DNA of 64,000 nt, taken from NCBI GenBank assembly GCA_963813335.1, contig CAWEYL010000003.1, forward strand, positions 352,001 to 416,000, read 5' to 3'. Shown here one piece after another: positions 62,790 through 64,000 of this stretch. The position numbers and the translations under genes were made by a program. The first letter of the stretch is position 1, and every line of letters starts with the position of its first letter. This DNA comes from an uncultured Chloroflexia bacterium. Its GTDB lineage: Bacteria > Chloroflexota > Limnocylindria > Limnocylindrales > CSP1-4. The notes beneath the pieces are model-generated. The model ran no database searches. It was not told where the DNA came from and saw nothing but the letters and a program-made list of their open reading frames with translations.

Positions 62790-63463
62790 GCTCGGGCTCC
62801 TTGTGGGACCGCCGCTGCTGGATGTTCGCGCAGCGACTCATCGTCGGGGACGTAGGTGTAGCGACGCCCGCAATCGGGGCAGGACAGGTCCGGGTCGCGC
62901 GCATAGCGCTCGACGTCCGGGGGTGCGGCGTGGCCGGTCGAATCGACCAGGCGGGCGCCACAGGCGCAGACCCAGCCGAGGCGCCGGGCCGGGTTGCCGA
63001 CCACGAGCGCGAAGCTGCCGACCGGCTTCGTGACGATGGCGCCGGCGCCGACCATCGCGAACGGGCCGATGTCGCAGCCGGCCACGACCACCGCGCCGGC
63101 GCCGATCGACGCGCCGTCGCTGATGGCGATCGGGGTCACGGTCCAGTCGGCGGCCCGGGCCAGGTCGCCGGTCGAGGTGACGGCGCGCGGGTGGCGGTCG
63201 TTGGTGAGGATGGCGCCGGGGCCGATGAAGACGCCGTTGCCGATCGTGACGCCGTGGTAGATGAGCGCCCCGTTCTGGATCTTCACCCGGTCGCCGATGA
63301 CGACGCCTTCGTCGATGAACGCGTCGCGGCCGACGACGCAGTCGGCGCCGAGCGTCGCGCCGGTCCGCACCTGGGCGCGCTGCCAGATGGCGGTGCCCGG
63401 GCCGACGGTCACGTCGGGTTCAAGGTCGGCACTCGCGTGGACGCGAGCCGAGGGATCGATCAC
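62786..63463 (-). CDS. Hexapeptide-repeat N-acetyltransferase (WbpD-like) with Cys-rich tail
   Basis: KIQN, FIGP...TND..PR, GNPAR..GWVCACG, CPDC. Confidence 0.9.
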   Translation of the reverse strand: MIDPSARVHASADLEPDVTVGPGTAIWQRAQVRTGATLGADCVVGRDAFIDEGVVIGDRVKIQNGALIYHGVTIGNGVFIGPGAILTNDRHPRAVTSTGDLARAADWTVTPIAISDGASIGAGAVVVAGCDIGPFAMVGAGAIVTKPVGSFALVVGNPARRLGWVCACGARLVDSTGHAAPPDVERYARDPDLSCPDCGRRYTYVPDDESLREHPAAAVPQGARA

Positions 63464-63560
63464 GGGGGCGTGGGCTCCTGACAGTCGTCGATGGGTGTTC
63501 GAGTATAGCCGAAGGCCCCCGCCGCCCCGGCGACGGCGGCCGCCTTGGCGGCGCGTGCGG

Positions 63561-64000
63561 TCAACGGCGACGCAGGAGGCCCATGGTCACGCCGAGCGCG
63601 GCCCCGAGGGCGAGCGCGCCGCGCCAGTCCAGCAGCGTGCGGACGTTGCCCTCGACGCGGCCCGCGATGAGCACGAGCACGCCGGTGTTTCGCTCGAAGG
63701 TGGCCTGCCCGGTGATGACCGTGCCGATGAGGCCCTGGTCGACGTGCGCCTGGCGGGCGAGCAGCGTGCGCGCCGCCCCCTGCGTCAGCCGGAGCTCGTC
63801 GGCCAGGCCGATCCCGAGCCCGCCCAGCTCGACCGAGACGCGCTTGCCGCGCGCGAGCGCGACGCCGCCCTGGCTGACGGCGACGTCCTCGGCTTCGACG
63901 CTCAGGATCCCGCCCTGGTGGACGTCGACGTGCTCGGCGGTGACGTTGCGCAGGCCGCCCTGGGTGACCGAGATGGATTCGGCGCGGGCGTCGCGTGCAC
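63561..64000 (-). CDS. Hypothetical protein, 3' part only (start outside window)
   Basis: Repeated V.QGG motifs, ending VRTLLDWRGALALGAALG...RRR-stop at 63561. Confidence 0.6.
   Translation of the reverse strand, partial: ARDARAESISVTQGGLRNVTAEHVDVHQGGILSVEAEDVAVSQGGVALARGKRVSVELGGLGIGLADELRLTQGAARTLLARQAHVDQGLIGTVITGQATFERNTGVLVLIAGRVEGNVRTLLDWRGALALGAALGVTMGLLRRR

Overview
High-GC bacterial DNA. The gene content and style suggest Chloroflexota, possibly a Limnocylindria-like soil or freshwater lineage (inference only). Many single-base frameshifts in otherwise intact genes point to indel errors in the assembly. The left ~18.8 kb is an accessory region immediately downstream of a tRNA-Pro(CGG) gene (18754-18830, minus strand). 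Three copies of the tRNA 3' end (5596, 8288, 12821), each extended into a palindrome, cut this region into a tandem array of 2.7-5.9 kb cassettes with no recognisable integrase. The cassettes carry LuxR, ECF and ArsR regulators plus recurrent sulfur-relay genes (rhodanese, DsrE, SnoaL-TusA fusions, OsmC, DUF302). This array is the most notable observation. The rest looks like core genome: PAS-GGDEF-EAL, MFS, ECF/anti-sigma pairs, type III glutamine synthetase, ResB, trans-sulfuration and homocysteine enzymes, a LysE gene with a candidate leader-peptide attenuator, tRNA-Pro(TGG), msrB, an LCP protein, LOG-rdgB-rph-mazG-PPIase, and a Wzm/Wzt surface-polysaccharide locus with a WbpA/B/E/D/I-like diacetamido-uronic acid pathway.
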